A stretch of 63,075 nt of DNA, filler included, from Octopus bimaculoides (Eukaryota): the NCBI RefSeq assembly GCF_001194135.2. It is 3 parts of 3 records of this genome, joined end to end, with 100 filler letters (N's around TTAATTAATTAA, not from the genome) between each part and the next. Parts side by side here need not be neighbours in the genome. Positions count along the whole stretch, not along the records: positions 50,487 to 63,075 come from NC_068981.1; 2 more parts are not named here. One strand, given 5' to 3'. Shown one piece after another: positions 59,611 to 63,075 of the stretch. A program made the translations under genes and the position numbers. Every line of letters begins with the position of its first letter. The first letter of the stretch is position 1. The notes below the pieces were generated by a model. The model saw nothing but the letters and a program-made list of their open reading frames with translations, ran no database searches and had not been told where the DNA came from.

Positions 59611-61280
59611 CAGAAGTGGGGAAGTTTTACACATTGGAAGGCTGCATTAAGTTAGTTGTAATCTAATAAGGCTGTATTCCAGAAACTGCAATTAGATATT
59701 CTTCAAAATCTACATTATTTTGTAAAAATCTCACTATGTACTAATAAGCTTCAAAAAATGAAAAAAAATTGTTTAACCTGTTAATGATTTTGTTGTGAAT
59801 GATTTTTGTAGGAAAGCATTTGAATATTTAGTTGCAACATGGAGGGCTGCAGTTTCAGCTGATCCCCTAGATGGGTATCTGTCGTTTGCAACCTGAAGGG
59901 TGTCATGATTTTTGTTAGGTAGGAGAATATAAATTCACTGCAATAAGTGGTTGAAAAGCAGGAAAGCACTTTTCATGCATGTTGCCATAGGCATGGGTAT
60001 TTTATTGAATCTTTCCATATTTCAATCGGATCTTTCTTAGCATCAAATAGGGACTTCAAAATGTCATCTGGTGAGAACTCAATCAATTCCATCTGTTGTT
60101 CTTTAGGAGCCTTGGAGACGTCAACTAGATGAATCTGAAATGCTAATTTGAGTGTGATGTCCTGATGTTTCATTCAATAATTCACATTGCTGATTCTGTT
60201 CTTCATAAGATTTATCTGTTCCTGCAAAGATAAAATTTCTTTTAACACCTGTCCTTTAGAATGATATGGCAAATATACACTGAATACCTCATTGCCCAAC
60301 TTTTTAGCATGATGCCATGATGATGCCATGTTGCATTTGCACAAATATAGTTAACAATACTTATAATTTGTCACTTAAAATAGTAGATTTAGCACAGAGA
60401 TTTTGCTGATACAATAAGAAATGAGAGCATTTTGACCTGATAATACTTTTTTTTATCCTTTAACACAACCTATAATACAATATTACCACTAACCTCTTGT
60501 ACATATACACATACAAGTATGTGGGTGTGTGAATGTATTTACACTTACTAAATTAACCAAATTCAGTCTAACTTCATGACATTTATCTTGAAAATTTGTG
60601 AAGATATCTATTCCTCATATTGTATCCATAAGAGTGCTCAAAACCACTAACTCTTTGTGGCAGATAAAATCTTCTGTTATGGCCTGAATGGAGTATAAAA
60701 CCTGCACTGAGCCAGTAGTATCAGTTGATTCATCCAAAGTGATTGAATAATATGTATTTTCCTTTGAAGCATTGTGTGAAGCTGTTCTGTTATGCTGAGG
60801 GCTAATTCATGCTGCCGATCAGTTATGGTTCTCCTTGAAAGAGGCAGTTGTTTGTATTTTGAAAGCTTATCAGGGTCTAAGCATTCTACAACTTCTACAA
60901 TGCCTTCTTTTATTATTTCCACATCACTGAATAGCTTCCTTTTTTTTTTTCCTTAGTATATAAGCTACTTTATAAGTTGCTTCAGTGGCATTATTTCTGT
61001 GTCTTACCACTGCTTGAAATAACTGTCTTAGCTTTTGCTTTTCATCCTTCAATTTCTGCAATGCAAACTTTTTCCCCCCTCCCACTAATTTGAAATATCT
61101 ATTGTTCTTATGAGTGGCATAATGCTGATAGGCATTGAGTTACTTTAATGTTGATATTACAGTATCACAAAGCAGGCAAATCATCTTATCTTTTGCAAAC
61201 AAAGAATAAAATTGCAGTTCCCAATCCTCATTTATTCCCCTGTTTTCTTGCTTCAACATTCCCTTGGTCTTCTTTGACAT
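59611..61280 (-). mobile_element. hAT (Buster/SPIN, GTF2IRD2/SCAND3-like) transposase fossil
   Basis: MSKKTK..EDWELQFY..MICLLCD..HYATH; PLSRRTITDR; DESTD; C-terminal LSCFSTTYCSEFIFSYL..LGDQLKL. A degenerate TIR lies at 59611. Confidence 0.9.
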
Positions 61281-61472
61281 GATGGACTGTTAAAGAAACA
61301 GAATTAAAAAAATAAAATAGAACAAAAATGTGGATAGACTCAAGCTGAGTAACTATTCTCAAATTCCATTTCAAATGGAAATACATTGATAATCACTGGC
61401 ATACTGGATCACCACAGTTTCTCAGGCAGTAGTAGCACTAGTCATGCAGGGAAGTTAACAAATATTCTAGAG

Positions 61473-62760
61473 CAGGGGTTCTCAACCATTTTTTATCCAT
61501 GGACCCCTTTGATTCCTATTTTACTTGTGTTAAACCCCCATAGCTATTCAATGTTTAAAAAATCCTGTTGCATTTTTATAATTATATATTATTAGGACTT
61601 GTATTAAGGCAGCAAGCTGGCAGAATCATTAGCACTCTGGGCAAAATGGTTAGTGGCATTTCGCCTATCTTTGTATCCTGAGTTTAAATTCTGCCAAGGT
61701 CAACTTTGTCTTTCATCGTTTCAGGATCAATAAGATAAGTACCAGTTGAGTACTGGGGTCGATGTAATTGACTTAAACCTCCCCTGAAATTGCTGCTCTT
61801 GTGCCAAAATTTGAAACCATTATTAGGACTTGTATAAAAATTGTTAAAATATTTTGTGTGAAGTAGGTGCATAACCAATTTATTGCACATAAAATTTAAC
61901 AACTAGCTGAATTCTATGGAAAATGAATGTTCACTAGTAAAATGAGTCATAAATATACAAGGACATATTTATTAAAAGAAGATAGTACTTTAGTGCTACT
62001 TTAATTAACCTTGCAGTTGATGCTGCTCCACAAGTTTTGTAATGTTCAATTCCAGCATTATCAATGATAATCAAAGATCACCCCATTCAACATCACCAAG
62101 TCAATTACGAGCTTTTGGCAGTAAGTTAGTGCATGACTGAAACCAGATTCAACTAGGTAAGATGCAGGAAAAGCAGTAACATACAACTGCGCTTTCTCCT
62201 AGAGTAGTGGACACTTTGTAGCAGTGTCATTACTTTTCCATACATTATGTTTCCCATCTTTTAAATCTTGCATGAAATATTTCATCACTCTGCAATTTGA
62301 TGAAATTTTCTTGCAAACAGATATCTATATCAGCAACATTAATTTCAAAAGGAAGTGTCACCCAACATGGTATATTTAACTTCAGTAGATCACTAAACCA
62401 ATTTTGCCTATCATCATGCAAGTTTTTCAAATGTTCAACATACAATAAAAGGTCATCATCATAAAGATTACTGCTAATTGATTTCCATACTAGGGAATTG
62501 TAATAATGCATGACATACAATATTCATTTCATAGAGCTGTGTTTTCCCGGAAAAAGCAGTAAGAGTTCCTTTGGAGGATATGAGGTCAGAATCTTCTCCT
62601 TGAAGCCATTTATTAAAAAATTAATTTTATCAAATGTATTTGATAAATAAAATATCATGTTTAGCTGCAGCCATTTGTTGTCTGAAATTGTTGTTAACCA
62701 GAAATGAGAAAATAATGTCCCAAAGTGTAACAAAACAACACAGACAATTACCTTTTGAGA
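61473..62760 (-). mobile_element. Second hAT (Charlie/Buster-like) fossil, 3' half, with a SINE inserted
   Basis: YVEHLKNLHDD..FSDLLKLNIPCWV..PF..LQENFIKLQSD; AFPASYLVESGFS..GDL. TIR CAGGGGTTCTCAACC at 61473 is preceded by TTCTAGAG. Confidence 0.85.
61605..61818 (+). mobile_element. tRNA-derived SINE with a TSD
   Basis: ATTATTAGGACTTGTAT is repeated at 61588-61604 and 61819-61835. Confidence 0.85.
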
Positions 62761-63044
62761 ACCATTTCACCTCCATATGAATTACAGGGCATTCAAGCTC
62801 TTCTCTGTGTGTGCTGTGTGTGTGTATTTTTTGTACATGCACACACACATACACTCACATTCACACACACACACGATGGAAGATGGAGCCTATGAAAATC
62901 TCTCACCACTACAATTGTTTCGATTCATCAAGCATCACTCCCTTGCGAGTGGGATACTATATAACTGGTCGCTTGTTAATCACATACCCAACGAGCACTG
63001 AGCCAGTGAATGTGCTATACCATACCATTTATTAAGTAATAAAT

Positions 63045-63075
<31 letters not shown>

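Noticed and set aside
62880-63035. Possible third hAT C-terminal remnant (LLITYPTST)
   Set aside because: Too short and degenerate to call.
1-63075. CRISPR arrays, rRNA, intact tRNA genes, prokaryotic operons
   Set aside because: None seen. The window is eukaryotic, and all tRNA-like segments are SINE heads.

Overview
AT-rich, microsatellite-saturated animal genomic DNA from a gapped draft assembly. The SINE/LINE complement and repeat style point to an octopus (inference, not proven). Most listed ORFs are microsatellite or N-gap artefacts. The main real gene is on the minus strand: seven GT-AG exons (34452 to 18292) join into one open 183-aa frame. It has a C-terminal Ig domain (CPG..W..D-x-G-x-Y-x-C-W), two micro-exons (27 and 30 nt) and a probable TM tail, and it resembles the C-terminal half of FAM187A. 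A CpG-rich promoter-like island at about 14.2-15.3 kb (E2F, CRE, ETS, YY1 motifs) contains a likely first coding exon on the plus strand (MAEVRKRE|GTGAGA). If that exon is real, the Ig gene is nested antisense in its first intron. The rest is a dense fossil record of mobile elements: R4/Dong-like RLE LINEs ending in and abutting (ACAT)n, a (TAA)n Dong end, RTE LINEs with a PHD finger inside the RT, Tx1/L1, CR1/L2, mariner and maT, hAT, piggyBac and foldback MITEs, Helitrons and several tRNA-derived SINE families. All homology calls are by eye, without database searches.
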